NCBI GenBank assembly: GCA_051362555.1
Contig: CM120640.1
Span: 14,136,001-14,200,000, forward strand
From: Lingula anatina
Taxonomy: Eukaryota > Animalia > Brachiopoda
Length of the DNA: 64,000 nt
Direction of reading: 5' to 3'
A program made the position numbers and the translations under genes. The notes below the pieces were generated by a model, which saw only the letters and a list, made by a program, of their open reading frames with translations, searched no databases and was not told where the DNA came from. Position 1 is the stretch's first letter. Each line of letters opens with the position of its first letter. This document shows, in pieces, positions 13,001 through 26,640 of this stretch.

Positions 13001-16000
13001 GATGTGGTGTAGCTCAATGCCAGAATTCATGACTAAAACTAAGTGTGCCATTGATCATGAAAATCAAAGAATGAGAAAAATTAATATGATAATGAGCTGT
13101 TGCCAAGGTGTCAAGCAATGCAGTTAAAATCTGTAACATTTCAAAGGCAAAAAATGCTGTATTCAGTAAAATAGCATCAAAGCTGTCAGTGTTTTTCAGA
13201 TTTTTTTTTTAATTTCCAGTATACCTTCAGCCATGTCAATGATGAGAGCCCTGAAGAAATAGCTGTGAAACAGGTGGGTGTGTGATCACTACAGGTATAT
13301 GTATATGTTATAGAGTGGTTGATTTGATTTGTTCTCAGTCTGGATCCTGGTGGGTTTTAATTTACTGCACAGTGTTCAAAGACAAAAAAAATCCTGGGTA
13401 ATTTTGTTTTATTTTTTCTGTTTATTAGTTATTTATTTATATCTGCTTCATCCCAAGCGGTAAGAGATTCAACAAGAATTAACAAGATCAAATGCCAAAA
13501 TTAAACACAAAGTGACTGTCTGAATTATAACACGAAAAACAATCTTGGGATTCAAATATTCAATATTTTTTTTGCTTTAAGTTGAATTATGCTTCAGTTG
13601 AATATATCAGTGGTCAGTGAGTGGTGCTGCAGCGGGTGCCTTTAGGTCAATTTTTATTTATTTATGAAAAGCACTGCTGTGGTTTAACTACATGTAGATA
13701 CTAACATATTGCATGCACAATAGGGATCTGAGAGGCTCATTGCCACTCAGCTTGTGAAGGCTTAATACACACAACACACCTTGGTACTGAATACACAGCT
13801 TACCATGTATTCGTAACAGTTAAGATACCCAAGACCTTATTGACTAAGTTTGTTTGCATGCATAATGCCTCTGATGGTATTTTTTAGACTTAAGAAAGTG
13901 ACCAAAGTCCAAGATTGCATGTACCACATAACAAGGCAGAAATTATGTATTGACCAGTGTGTCTGATATAAACAGAATCAAAGACTGGTGACAAAGATAT
14001 AAATAACCCTACTGCTTCACAACTCCTTGAATACCATTTATACATGTAGAGGCCAAAATACAGTGGGATGAAGCACATGGGAATTAGCTGGAATATGTAT
14101 GCCTATCATGCATGTGTTTCTGATCTCTGTAAAGCTTGGTATAATTGGGAGAAATAATTGACAATCCTATATAGCTGCATGATAATTAAAGAGCTATAAG
14201 ACAGCAAGCTTGTTTTCATTCCTCTTCATTGTTAAAAATACATATACATGCATATATATATGTATGCATGTAATTGGTTTTACAATTTGCTTAGAATATG
14301 TTGAAACAATATTTTTCTTTCATTTTATTTAAGTCTTCTATATCATCACCTTTTCCCACAAATAATAATGTCTGTCTTAAATAATATGTTTTTCATTACA
14401 GCTGAGAAGTTCAGTGAAAGATATACTCAAATCCCACCAAGACAATGATGATTACCTCAGAAAATGGCTTAAAGGTACAATTTTATCAGCTTTGTATCCA
14501 TGTCTACTCAAATGTATCTATATGCACCCAACTCTCCTTCCTCGTATGAATTGTAAAGTCATAATTAGGCTTTTAAAACCCTTCATTGTTATTTCAGCTA
14601 GAAATTATGATGTCATGGAAGCTGAAAGAATGTTTAGAAATGTAAGTACTTTAAACATCTTAAAGATACGTCTTGATAGAATAATGAAAATGGTTTATTC
14701 CAGAATGGCAAAAGTTTGAAATTTCACATTTTTCACCAAATTAATGAAATATCAAAAGACAGGTCTAATTGAAATACATGTAATTATGTTTTATGTGATA
14801 TTGAATATGCATACATTAAATGCTAGATATTCAAAGTGCACTGTCACCTGCATTTTAAAAAGACAGTGTGGGATAAAGGAAGTCCTTAAATTTCAGCTTT
14901 CATTTGGTCTTTTGACATGAGTGGGCCCTCATGCAAACTCATCCAATTTATTTTACTATGCCTATGAATTATCACAGGTTTAGGGAAATATTTCTTGCTA
15001 AAATTGTTGTATTTTTGTTTAAAACATGCAGAAATGGGTGAAAACTGGTGGTTCCAACTTTTTAGTGCTAAGTATTATTGTTCGATATATTTCAATATAT
15101 CTAAGTAATGTTATTGGATATATATATATTTTTCAGAGCATGGCTTTCCGCAAAAAGATAGGTGCTGACACATTGCTACAGAAGTACACGCCTCCTGAGG
15201 TAAAAAGATCTAGAATTATCAATGCTTTTTAATTTGCTGTTTTCTTTTATTGATTTACAATTTGTTTTACACAGGATGTTAATAACCAACATGACAAGTT
15301 CTTTAGAGTTATATGCGTGGAAGTCAGTGAAATTTTGCTAAAAGTAATTTTGCAGTCTTCTCGCAGATAAAAGACCATGTCCATTGATAGTTATTCTTAC
15401 TGTTCTTTTCTAAATTTTCACAGATGAATTTATTTATTTAGGTGATCCAGAAATATTTGACCGGAGGGTTTTGTGGGTTTGACAAGGACGGCTCTCCTGT
15501 CCGCGTGGAGTTGTTTGGACTTTTGGACATCAAGGGGTTGATGTACTCAGCAAGGAAGGTGGACTTGGAAAAAACCAAGATGTTGCAGTGTGAAAAAACA
15601 GTTAGAGATTGGGAAATAATGAGTAAAAAGGTAAAGAAAAGTAAGAAGTGGCTTTTGTAGGATTTTTTATCAGCCATTTTGACAATCTGAAAAAAGAAAT
15701 GCATTAAGCCTTCAATTGTATATTTCAAGATATTGAAAGAAGAAGAAATGATGTAATAAAGTGCACTGCCTTTTTTTTTAGCTTGGAAAGAAAGTAGGTG
15801 GACTGACAGTCATTTTTGACATGGCTGGAGTTACAACAAAATGGTTGTGGAAGCCAGGTAAAATTACCTTTCATATACCTTTATTTAAAAAAATGAGTTC
15901 TTTTGGCATTTAATTGTAATTTTGGAATTTTAAAAGGGTGGTATATAGCTTTAGATATGATTTTGTGAATATGGCTCTTACCACTTATGCTATAAACTGG

Positions 16001-19000
16001 TGTCAAGTATTTATTGTTAAATATATGCTCTTTAATTTTTAGGATTAGACATGTATCTCCATTTGGTAAAAGTTCTGGAAGACAACTACCCAGAGATGAT
16101 GAAACGGCTCATTGTAATCAATGGTGATTTCAATTTTCTGATGCAGCATTTTTAAACAATATTATTAATTATAGCTATGATATCACTTTCTGATTTCATC
16201 ATAAATACGTGTGTGTTTACTCAGTATTTGGCTGTTTTTCATGTATGTACATTACATTATGACTTCCCAGTCACATAAGAGGTATGTGAATGGGTAATCC
16301 TGATGTAGATCATATACCATTTAAAGGTTCTTCATATCAGCACACTTTACTTCAATGTAGGCTTATGTATAAAATGTAGCTGGCTTAAGATAACTTTCTC
16401 TCATTGAATTGATTTTTAAATTACACTGTGGTCTCTGTTAATAGGTATGCAATGTGTATTTAAGCCATCAACATGAATCCAAAGTATAGTGTGGATTTTT
16501 AATTGTTATTTAAAGTTAAATAGAGATACCAAAGTGTGTTTATTAACTTGGTTTATGTGCATAGTATGAGAAATTCTAATTAATTGGGATCTATCAGATT
16601 AGTATAAGAATGTGTGTCGATTGCCAGCAACAGCTTGACTTTTTTCTTCTGTGCCTATTACAGCTTCCTTTAATTAAAAGATGAAATGTTTTTTTGAAAA
16701 TATCTTTAGATCTTTAGTTTGATGTACTAATGATTTTATTTAAGCTCCATCAATTTTCCCCATCTTGTACAAACTGGCCCGGCCACTTATCAGTGATGAC
16801 ATGAAGAAAAAGATTATAGTTTTGGGATGTGAGTATGTTTAGATTTTAATATCATGAGTTTTCAATACAGAAATAGTACTTGAAGTTCACAGAAATTCAG
16901 TGTCATTTTGCTTTTTTGTGTAGACTTAATGACCACAGCATTGGTGCACTATGTATTTATTATTTTTCCTTTTTCTAACAAATTCTGTTATTCTCAAACA
17001 GGATTTTCTTCCATCTTGATTTTTATTTTTATGTAGAGACACAGATGTGTCTGTACATATAGCCATCATCTGCGTCTGTCGTCGTTGCCGTCGTCGCCGT
17101 CGTCGTCGCCGTGCACTTTTACCGATAACACGATAAGTGGAAAACCATTTTACCTTTTGACTTGAAACTTGCAGAACTGATGAATATTCATAATACGCAG
17201 GTCAAGTTCGAAAATCAGCATGATCGGGTCACTTTTAGGGAATTTATGCTGTTTTTTCACTTTTTTCAGCATATATGCAGCAACGATAACACGATAAGTG
17301 GAAAACCATTTTACCTTTTGACTTGAAACTTACAGAACTGAGGAATATTCATAATACGCAGGTCAAGTTCGAAAATCAGCATGATCGGGTTACTTTAAGG
17401 GAATTTATGCTGTTTTTTCACTTTTTTCAGCATATATGCAGCACCGATAACACGATAAGTGGAAAACCATTTTACCTTTTGACTTGAAACTAATAGAACT
17501 GATGAATATTCATAATACGCAGGTCAAGTTCGAAAATCAGCATGATTGGGCCATTTTTAGGGAATTTATGCTGTTTTTTCACTATTTTCAATATAAATAC
17601 AACACTGATAACACAATATAAGAAAAACGGATTGGCCAATTGTAATTATACTCACAGGAGTGGTCAATCTTACTAAAACGCAGGTTGAGTTCGAAAATCA
17701 GCATAATCGGGCCATTATTTTAGAAGTTATACTGTTTTTCACATTTCCTCAGATTCAATTATTAGGCATGTTAACAGTCTCATTATTTAACTAATAAGAT
17801 GCCTAAAAGTGTTTGTTTGATATTTCCTGCATCTTTACAACATTGTTAGTTGATTATGTAAAAAACATGGTAAACTTGTTATCATGTATTGTGTAACAAA
17901 GTGTCAAAAATGGAAATAAACTCATATCATTGCAGTTTGTCAGATTCAATCATCCACTATGTTCAGAATCTCAGAATGGAGGAAATTGGACATTTAACAC
18001 TGTTCTATTGATACTTTTCCCATCTCATCAATTTTCTTAGTTGGTCATATAAAATGGCAGTAAAATGTTTATTTTGTTTTATGTTAAAAAAGTGTTAAAA
18101 ATGGAAATAAACCCATTTCAGAACAGTGCTGTCTTGTTTACATTTTGGCATTTTCAAAGCGTGACTTTGAAGTTCCATGGGCCTGAAGACCTTTGCTAGT
18201 CACATTTTCTGAATATCTGTGATACTAATATTATGTAATTAAAATTGATGGTCATTAAGCTGTTAAACATTATGTAATATTGCATCAAAATTTGAAGAAA
18301 CCCCTATTTTGGGCACTGCTTCCGTGATGACCATTTAAGGAAAATCATGTCACTTACTGTTCTCAAACTTACAGGAAAGAAACATGGGACTAAAATACAG
18401 CTTCAGTAGGCAATGCAGTCTGTTTGGTATTTTTATTTATTTATTTATTTTTTTTTTTTTTGGCAGTTAAACAGTTTTTTGTGAAAATTTAATTTTTCAC
18501 ATATTGGCATTTTCAAGGTGTGACTTTAAAGTTCCATGATCTTGAAGACTTTTGCTTGTCACATTTTCTGAACGTCCATGTTACTAATATTTTATTAATA
18601 ACATTTGATTGTCATTATGCTGTTAAACATTATGTAATGTTGCATCAAAATTTGAAGAAACCCCTATTTTGGGCACTGCTCCTATGATGACCATTTAAGG
18701 GAAATCATGTCACTTACTGTTCTCAAACTTACAGGAAAGAAACATGGGTCTAACATACAGCTTCAATTGGCAACACAGTCTGTTTGGTAAATTTTTCTGG
18801 CAATTTAACAGTTTTTTGTGAAAATTTAATTTTTCACTTATTTGCATCTTTATTTTCTGTTCTTTGTCTGTACATTTGACAGCTTTGCTGCCTTGTTTAA
18901 ATTCTTTTTACAAGTTTTTTAAGACAAAAGCAAACACACTTCAATTATACATTTTCCAGCCAATTTTACTCAAGTTCTCCTACAGTATGTTGATGCAGAA

Positions 19001-20331
19001 CAATTACCAGTATATTTGGGAGGCAAACTTACAGACCCTGACGGCAACCCTAGGTGTACAACAATGGTAATATGTTCTTTTATTTCACAGAGTGTGTTTG
19101 TGTGTGTGTGTATGTGTGTATGCGAGAGAGAGAGAGAGAGAGAGGGAGAGATTCTTACCATGTGCAATCTTTCAAACAAATCAAGATGTGCAAATTTCAT
19201 TTTCAGTTGTATTTTAAAGATATGACGTATATATATATTATTGATTTGATTGCTAAGAACACAAAAGTGGTGTAACTTTGATTACTCATTGTCTTGAAGT
19301 GTTTGTCTATTTGTCTAATGTTTGTCCAATGTTTCAGATTTGTCAGGGTGGACAAGTACCAGAGTCTTATTTCTTAAAGAACCACAGTCTTGGGGAGAAT
19401 ATGACAGCAGCTACTGTTTCCAAGAAATTGGAGTTAAAATTTGAGGTTCAGAAATCAGGAATGATTCTGAGGTACATGTATGCCGTTTCTTGTTGACCTT
19501 CTAATTTGTGGATCCGAATATTTTTGTATGATTATAATTGTCAACATAATTTTATCCTTACCAGTACATTAACTTCTGTGTATTATTCTTGAATCTCCAA
19601 ACTTATAGGTCAGCCATTCTGGACTTTTGTTAGATATATGGGCCTAAATATATAACTTTGGTATTAAAAGAAATTGCAAGGAAAAAGTACAATTTGACAA
19701 TCTTTTTTGTATAAAGAGTATTTGAAGTGCTGTTATATTGTTAAGAATAAGCTTGTTATATCTGGTAAAAGATGACAAATATCAATTTAAAGATGACAGT
19801 AATGATTTCACTCCCCTTTTGCTCCTGTAGGTGGGAGTTTCAGACGGAGGGCTATGACATTGGTTTTGGTGTAGGATTCCTGGAGAATGATGGTTACGTG
19901 AAATTTGTGCTCCCAGTAGAGAGGGTAAACAGCCACATGGTTCCTGAGGACGGGAGCATCAACTGTACAGAACAAGGAACATGTAGGAAACAGTTTTTAT
20001 GTCTCTCTTAACCTCTTACTCACCAGATAAAATTGTTCAAAAAAGTTCTTTTTCATTATCTTAATTCATTGACCAATTTTACATGATATGGTTTGAAATT
20101 GTGATTTTTGCTTGATATCACAATCCTTTGGTTCTTTAGTAAAAAGATAACAGTGATAACAATTTCATTTTACCTGTTTCAGATGTACTGGTATTTGATA
20201 ACTCCTTCAGTTGGGCAAGAAGCAAGAAAGTTTCCTATCAGGTAGAAGTTATCGAAGAAGATAAGAATATTCTTGAAGAAGTGGAAAATATTGGATATGT
20301 TACTGACAAATTGGAAGCTGCTCATATCTGA
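10070..20331 (+). CDS. SEC14-like protein (CRAL-TRIO_N + CRAL-TRIO + GOLD), paralog B, complete
   Basis: Exons 10070-10129 (least certain), 13220-13273, 14402-14474, 14598-14641, 15137-15199, 15442-15630, 15782-15857, 16043-16123, 16745-16828, 18960-19066, 19338-19471, 19831-19982 and 20183-20331 are all GT-AG and in frame. Motifs: [65 protein letters not shown]. Exon sizes 76/81/84/107 match paralog A. Confidence 0.93.
12835..12998. repeat. Pentanucleotide microsatellite (TGTCA/TGCTA/TGTTA)n
   Basis: Directly visible; it explains the low-complexity ORFs at 12784 and 12840. Confidence 0.95.
17124..17745. repeat. 161-bp tandem repeat, ~4 copies
   Basis: Units beginning GATAACAC start at 17124, 17285, 17446 and 17607; the fourth is diverged. 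Confidence 0.95.
18144..18838. repeat. ~360-bp tandem duplication, 2 copies
   Basis: CCCCTATTTTGGGCACTGCT occurs at 18301 and 18661 with collinear flanks. Confidence 0.9.
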
Positions 20332-22440
20332 ATAATATTCTTTTAAAGGAATCCATGGACTAATTTCATTGATCGTTAATAATAGGTACATTAATATGGA
20401 TTGAAGTCCAAATTTTAACCAATGCAGGTGTTGACATAAACATTTAACAGTGATGTGTAAAAATTGTAAAGCTATTTAATCATTGACAGTCATGTTTTAA
20501 TTATAATTGTACATTCACAGGTTGAAAAGGGATTAGAATATGCTACTCTTGCCAATTCTCGTACTTTCTTTTCCTCTGAGGACCACAACATTGGGATAGC
20601 CTTAGCAATAAAATACATTGGCATAAGATTTGCTTCATGCCAGGTTTATTTCTGATGTACTCTAGATTTCTGTATTGCCAGCTCAATCTTGATTTCATAT
20701 ATAACCCAAATCAGCAATACTGTAAAGCTGTAAAGCACTGTAAAGCTAACTGTAAAGCTGTAAAGCTAACACATGAAAAGGTATAGTGAGAAGCTAGCTT
20801 TAAAGTGCCCTGACACTCAGGGCAGTCTGATGTATTTTGTTGTGAATGTGAAAATGAGCACTCATGTATATGTGTATAATGTTCAACATTTCACCAATCA
20901 AGCATTTTATGGACAAACCCAGTGTGCCAGTTACATTGTCTGAATGTCCACGTTAACAGTAATACATAGTTAAAATTTGGTAGTGATTATGATATAAAGC
21001 ATTATGTAACATTACACCCAAGAAACCACTCTTGTGCATTTTCCTGTTCCATAGTCTTTAAACACTTATATTTTTGATATTCAAAAATATACGATCAAAT
21101 ATTTTAATGTCTCTGCTTCTATCAGTATTGTAATTTGTAAATCCTTTGCTTGTTTATCAATATTTGTGATAATGTAAATAATAGAGCGTCATAGAGAATA
21201 GTACATTTGCTGTTGCCTTAGTTGCTTTAATTAGAATGGCACTTACAGTATAAATTTGGTTAATTGTAGCTGAAACTGACTGTAACCCTGACAACAGAAT
21301 AATTGGCTTTTTTATATTTATAGCTTAATCTTAAAATCAATATTCAATCAACATACATGTGTTCCGTTACATAAATACAGTGGCATGTGGTTTCATTATT
21401 TATCACTTTCAGATGAATAAACGATGATATGTAATATAAAATAAAATTGTCACTGAACAATTAAATTAAGCATGACGAGACAAATTACCTCCCTCCCCCC
21501 CTCCCCCCAGTGTACAGGTACGTACTTATATAGGTACTCTAGATATATTGATACATTACATTTAACAACAACAAATGAACAGGAAAAACACGAGAAAAAA
21601 ACATATAGATAAGAAAGTTTTTATGTTACATATCACAGAAAAGCAGCACTATCGAATAAATTTATTTATTTATTTTTATTTATTTATTTATTTTTATTTA
21701 TTTATTTATTTTTTTTTTTGGGGGGGGGGGGGACGGCGAATCATCTGGTAGGGGCTGCTCAAAACAATGAAACCACAATTTGTTTGTAATATTTTCTACA
21801 TCATCCAGCTTTTTATCGTGTTATAATGTTTTGTAACTGTTCCAAATCCTTAGAACAAGTATATTTTTAATATTAAAGATATATGATAAAAATTTGAAAA
21901 TCTTTTGAAATAAAAGAGAAATAAGAATATGACGGAAGGGCGAAGAAACATTCAAAGTTTCCCCCTTTCTCTAGATATTCAAAGATTCAGCAAAGAAGGA
22001 ATATAAAAACAAGAAACAAAAAATGAAAAGAAACAGTTAAAATACAAATAAAGCCATTTCACGCCCTATATTTCTCGACCTGCAATCTCTCTCACGCGCG
22101 CTCACACACACACACACACACACACGTAGACGTTGGCGCGCAGAGAAGATTCTCGTATATTCAAAGACGAAATAATATGAGAAATTTCTATTAGATATTG
22201 ACTTTATTCTCAAAAGAATTAAAGAGCCAGTGTTCATGTTTCGCAGATTGTTGTCGTCACTGTGAAGGGTTAACCGCATTATAAAACACATCTGCATCTA
22301 GATATAACTTGTACAACATTATTTTATTATTCGCATGAAATCACCAGTTCAGTCATTATTTTGTCTATTCGTCGAAAAGGGATGCTATTTATATTCATGG
22401 TCTAAGAACTACTTTCCACTTGTATTCTTTATATTAAGCA

Positions 22441-23583
22441 CTACCAGTTTTGTATGGTTTCACAACCGTGCACAGAGTATGTTGGATCAGAGCTCTCTAT
22501 ATTTGAGCAATAATCAAAAACCTTCCATCCAGTGACAGTACAGTTTGGACGCTGAGATGAACGAAGTTCTTTCCAATATCGCCAGCGTAATTTTGCAGCA
22601 GCGTGGTGAATTGTGATATATCCATCGTATAGACAATAGCTGTAATGATCTCCCATACGGAAGTCTGGCAAATCATGGTTATGGCTGAGTGTTAAATTAG
22701 CTTTTCTCGCGCATATTCCCATGAAAACGTCTTCGAATTTAAATAAGGGTGTTTCCATGGCAGCTGAATAAAGTTCTTTCACGGTGCTGTGCCCCAAGAC
22801 ATAAGCCGCTCCTGAAATATACGGTGGAAAATGCTTTTCAGGCCATTCATCATAGCTTGTGTACCACTTATGGTGTTTAGATCGAAAAGGTGGTTTGTTT
22901 ACCAGCAAAGTTCCCATCTGCAGTCTTGGCACTCGCTTCCACGGCAAACTATACAGATATTCGGAAAGTTTCTCGTAGCTGACAATCATATCGTCATCTG
23001 ATTTCAAGAGGTAAAGAGCTTTTGGGCAGTACTGTAGCGTCCAACGTAAGGCTAAGATCGTTTTTAGTGTCAAATTAAGATATCTGTCTTCAAAGTCGGC
23101 TTGAATAATGTCTTCGTACTTGTCGTTTTCGGCCTTCAATTTGTATTGCATTGTGGCGTTTGGACCTCTTCCTGTAAGAAACAATGTACGGATTTGTTCG
23201 TCTTTGAATTGCGTTCTGGAACCCCACGTTTGACGGAACTGTAAACGCTGCACGAAATTCTGAGGTGTCGTCACTACAATAACCAGTAAAAATACCCCAT
23301 CGTGAAGGCGGCCCGTCGTGTGGCAAACTTCAGGATTGTTTATAGTAAAGTTATAACTTTTTCTGTGAAGGAATTCTTTTGTGTGTTTCCACTCATGACT
23401 TAAAACGCGTCTAATTCCCACATCGGTTCCCATCCTCAGATGCTCTGGGCTTGGCTTTACTCTTTGCGAAAGCTCGCTTTTCCCATCTTGATTTCGACAA
23501 ATCGCCAGGTTAGTTATAATGACAATGACAAAAGGTAACAAAATCGTCACGTAACAAATGTTTTTTAGCTGCCCGCTCCTCAT
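22441..23583 (-). CDS. GT31 beta-1,3-galactosyltransferase-like, 380 aa, intronless (copy 1)
   Basis: Type II TM anchor, RQTWG, DIIQADFEDRYLNLTLKT, KSDDD (DxD), FPPYISGAAYV, EDVFMG: Galactosyl_T family motifs. Confidence 0.95.
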   Translation of the reverse strand: MRSGQLKNICYVTILLPFVIVIITNLAICRNQDGKSELSQRVKPSPEHLRMGTDVGIRRVLSHEWKHTKEFLHRKSYNFTINNPEVCHTTGRLHDGVFLLVIVVTTPQNFVQRLQFRQTWGSRTQFKDEQIRTLFLTGRGPNATMQYKLKAENDKYEDIIQADFEDRYLNLTLKTILALRWTLQYCPKALYLLKSDDDMIVSYEKLSEYLYSLPWKRVPRLQMGTLLVNKPPFRSKHHKWYTSYDEWPEKHFPPYISGAAYVLGHSTVKELYSAAMETPLFKFEDVFMGICARKANLTLSHNHDLPDFRMGDHYSYCLYDGYITIHHAAAKLRWRYWKELRSSQRPNCTVTGWKVFDYCSNIESSDPTYSVHGCETIQNW

Positions 23584-25044
23584 CCTGTGAATGGAATGGC
23601 TTTCGTGGAAAAGATCTTTTGGGCTATATATAAGGATTGCAACCTTATTGGGTAACCTAAATTGTCCACGCCGTGATATATGCTTTGGTGTTTACACTGC
23701 TTTTTTGTTTTTTAATGACAATTAATGCTTAAAAAACACGACAGTAAGGACTCCGTGTATGCTGTGAGAGGGGAGCAGAATTTTTTATTAAAAACTTAAG
23801 ATTTTATAGTTGTAAAAACACCGATCACGCACAGAGCCCAATAATGACGAAAGATGTAATTATTTTCGGTAGAAACCCATCAGTGTGCGTGAAAACGTAT
23901 TGAATCAGCTTAACAACACTGTATTTAAACAGCAGTTCAAACAAGACATTGTGACTAGACGAGATTTATTCTTTTTATTCCTGTTTAGTTTTCCCGACAA
24001 GCGGCCCTAAGACATCAAACGATTTGGTACACTTGTACTAGTACTGGGTACATGAAAAGTGCATTTGTCTGCCTCAGAATACCTTTTCTTTTGGGAACGG
24101 ACTGGAAAATTAGGAAAGCGAGCCCTTTGGTCTCATTTTTTATTATTTGAATCGTTTATTTGTTTACAATCAAGCTTATGACATGAATGAAAAAAAAGGC
24201 AAAATAGAACGTCACTGGTATAACATTAATTCTAAGTAGTGCTTACAGTTGTTACAATCTTTTTCAGCTCTCTACTCCTCGTCTTTTTTGGGGAAGTACT
24301 ATTTATCATTTAAGATTTACAAGTTTGTATGAGGATTTTAAGTGTTTTATCAGGATAAATTTTTCTGTATGTGACCAGCGCGTATGTGGTGACACTTTTT
24401 TTTTTTTTTGCCGAAAATCAAGGCAGATACCTACGTGAAATGTATATGTTAAGAAACTTTTGCCTTGTGAATGAAATTCAACAATTCGAAATCACGCACA
24501 GAGACTTATAATGACCACATGTACTGTATGTTTGAACAGCAAGTCAAACAATGGATGGGGAGATTTTCGATTCACTTTTAGTTATTCTCCCCCTCGAGTT
24601 AAGGCAGTTTTAAATGCTGAGGCTCCAGTACGTCTTCTATCCTTATGGGATGGAAGGGTGAATAGATCTCCCATTTCGGTCTTGGAAAAGGGGTGGCGGA
24701 CTCGGGTTCACCTATTTGCCCTTTTCTTATAGTCAACCAAATTAGGGATTTCCGCGTTTCTACCGGTAGGAGTCGAGAGCTTTGTTTTTGAAGGGATCAT
24801 CAGGAATTGATTCTTATGACTATTCTTTGATATTTGATTATGCAAAAGTTCGTGTTGTCGACGTGTTTCAATCTTGACAGTCTTCGTGGCTGGGAAACGA
24901 AAGTGATATTTGTTCAGCGGTATACCTGTATAAACCTCCGCACTGATCAAATGTAATCGGTTATTGTTGACTCTTTTTATTAGTATCGGGATTAGTTCAA
25001 GATGAAATATATTCTACTTCAATCTATGACTCTTTTCCCATAAA

Positions 25045-25071
25045 ATATTATTATTATTATCATCATCATCA

Positions 25072-25117
<46 letters not shown>
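25045..25117. repeat. (ATT)n/(ATC)n microsatellite
   Basis: Directly visible. Confidence 0.9.
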
Positions 25118-25118
<1 letters not shown>

Positions 25119-26640
25119 GAGATACCAAGAACAGAAAATAGAGATTGAAATACACTTTGTGTATGAGGCAGTCAATGAAAAAATTAATCGATATTTTCAC
25201 CCGACAACTTTAGCCGTCGTCAAACTAGCCTTCTTTAAATTGGCTCAGCTTTAAATTTAAGCAAGATATCTATAACTAATATATAACATGCATCCTTACA
25301 ATACCTATCAACTTAACTTTTTTCTTTTTTAAACAAATTTTAATCTTGACAACTTACTGAGGGAAACGTGCTGAAAACGATATTCTATCAAATTGTTCGG
25401 GTTTTAAACTTCCTTGAAACGTACAGGGTATACAAATATCCCAGGCCAAATTAGGGATTTAACCCGAACTAACAGATTTACAAACACGGGCATAAAACTG
25501 ATAACGTGAGAGAGATTAAGATAAAATTTACGGTTTTTAATCTGAATCAAGTGGCGGATGAAAAATGAGCCTTATAAAAACATATCGCTTCCCCCCAAAG
25601 GCTTCGTACCAACGTTTTAATTCCATCTTGAACTGCTCTGCATCGTGTACGTTTTTAACTGTGGCACATACTAATAAAATAAATCATTGACATGAAAAAT
25701 GAAAAAATTAAAAAAGAAAACAAATGAAAATCAAAAGATCTTTACTGAAAGAAGAGAATCCATAATCAATGTCGTCCTCAATTTTCCCGATCGATAACAA
25801 CGTTTTAAAAGCGTTCTTGCTTTGTAATTTCACCCGAATTGTACGCTTATCAGATCAAAACATTTAACTACGTCGTCATGATATTCATCCATCAGTTGAC
25901 CATGTTGATGTGGGCATGTATAAACACGGTACGGCGTCTCCATATCCGCCGTCATCATTTTCTAATTACTGACTATTTGAAATATTCGACCACTGCGAGC
26001 GTGTCCAAGTATAAGAGCAAAAGCGGCGACGTTAACAGAAGCTTATCAGAATTTCCTAAGGTCGACCTTATCCTATACTTTTGTAAAAAAACTAATTGTG
26101 GTATAACTTATCCTCAAATTATGAAAACACCACATGAAATTTAGTTTTGGTATCTGGCTACTGAAGTACATAGTTGTTTAGTTGACGAGGTTAAACTTGC
26201 GTCATGTTAGATGTATTAGTGTAAGTTTGTCGTTGGAACAGGTGCCTTATCCTAACAGCGCGATAATTGTTGATTTGTGCTTGATATAGTATACGCGTAA
26301 TTAGATCGAATCACTATACTGAAAATATCAAAAGATAAAGAAGCCGTTCTATTAATTATGAAATGCTCGGATTTCGATAGGGCTTTCGATTATTTTATCG
26401 AATGCCTGTTAACTGCAAGTTTTACGTTCATAAAACGTAGTTTGCTGGATACATTTTAAATTAAAAAAAATCAGTGGCAATATATTCCTATGCTTGCGAA
26501 GGCTCTGTTCTCTCTCGTGCTGACCGTTATGCAATAGATTCACACACAGCTTAAAACAATATGAAATGAAAACGTGCCTTATCTGTGGATAAAATGTTCA
26601 ACTCCAAATTAAATTTTTTCCGTTTTAAAATTTATATAAA

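Larger units (their letters stand above)
17030..18897 (+). mobile_element. Helentron-associated non-autonomous element (HINE/DINE-1-like), family 1, in an intron of paralog B
   Basis: Starts after a T-run with subTIR and inverted copy (TATGTAGAGAC..GTCTGTACATA), then a (GTC/GCC)n microsatellite and internal tandem repeats. The 3' end is GTCTGTACAT + stem-loop GACAGC-TTT-GCTGCC + TTGTT. Homologous inverted copies lie at 62611-64000. Confidence 0.8.

Noticed and set aside
12784-13127. Cys-rich ORFs (MLCYV)n
   Set aside because: They are translations of a pentanucleotide microsatellite.
17124-17745. Regularly spaced repeats resembling a CRISPR array (also 59669-61387)
   Set aside because: Whole units repeat, there are no unique spacers or cas genes, and the context is eukaryotic introns.
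20719-20770. (CTGTAAAG)-based short repeat after the paralog B stop
   Set aside because: It is best explained as a slippage minisatellite, with no evidence of function.
24480-25117. Possible SINE ending in an (ATT)n tail
   Set aside because: I could not identify Pol III A/B boxes, a TSD or a second copy.
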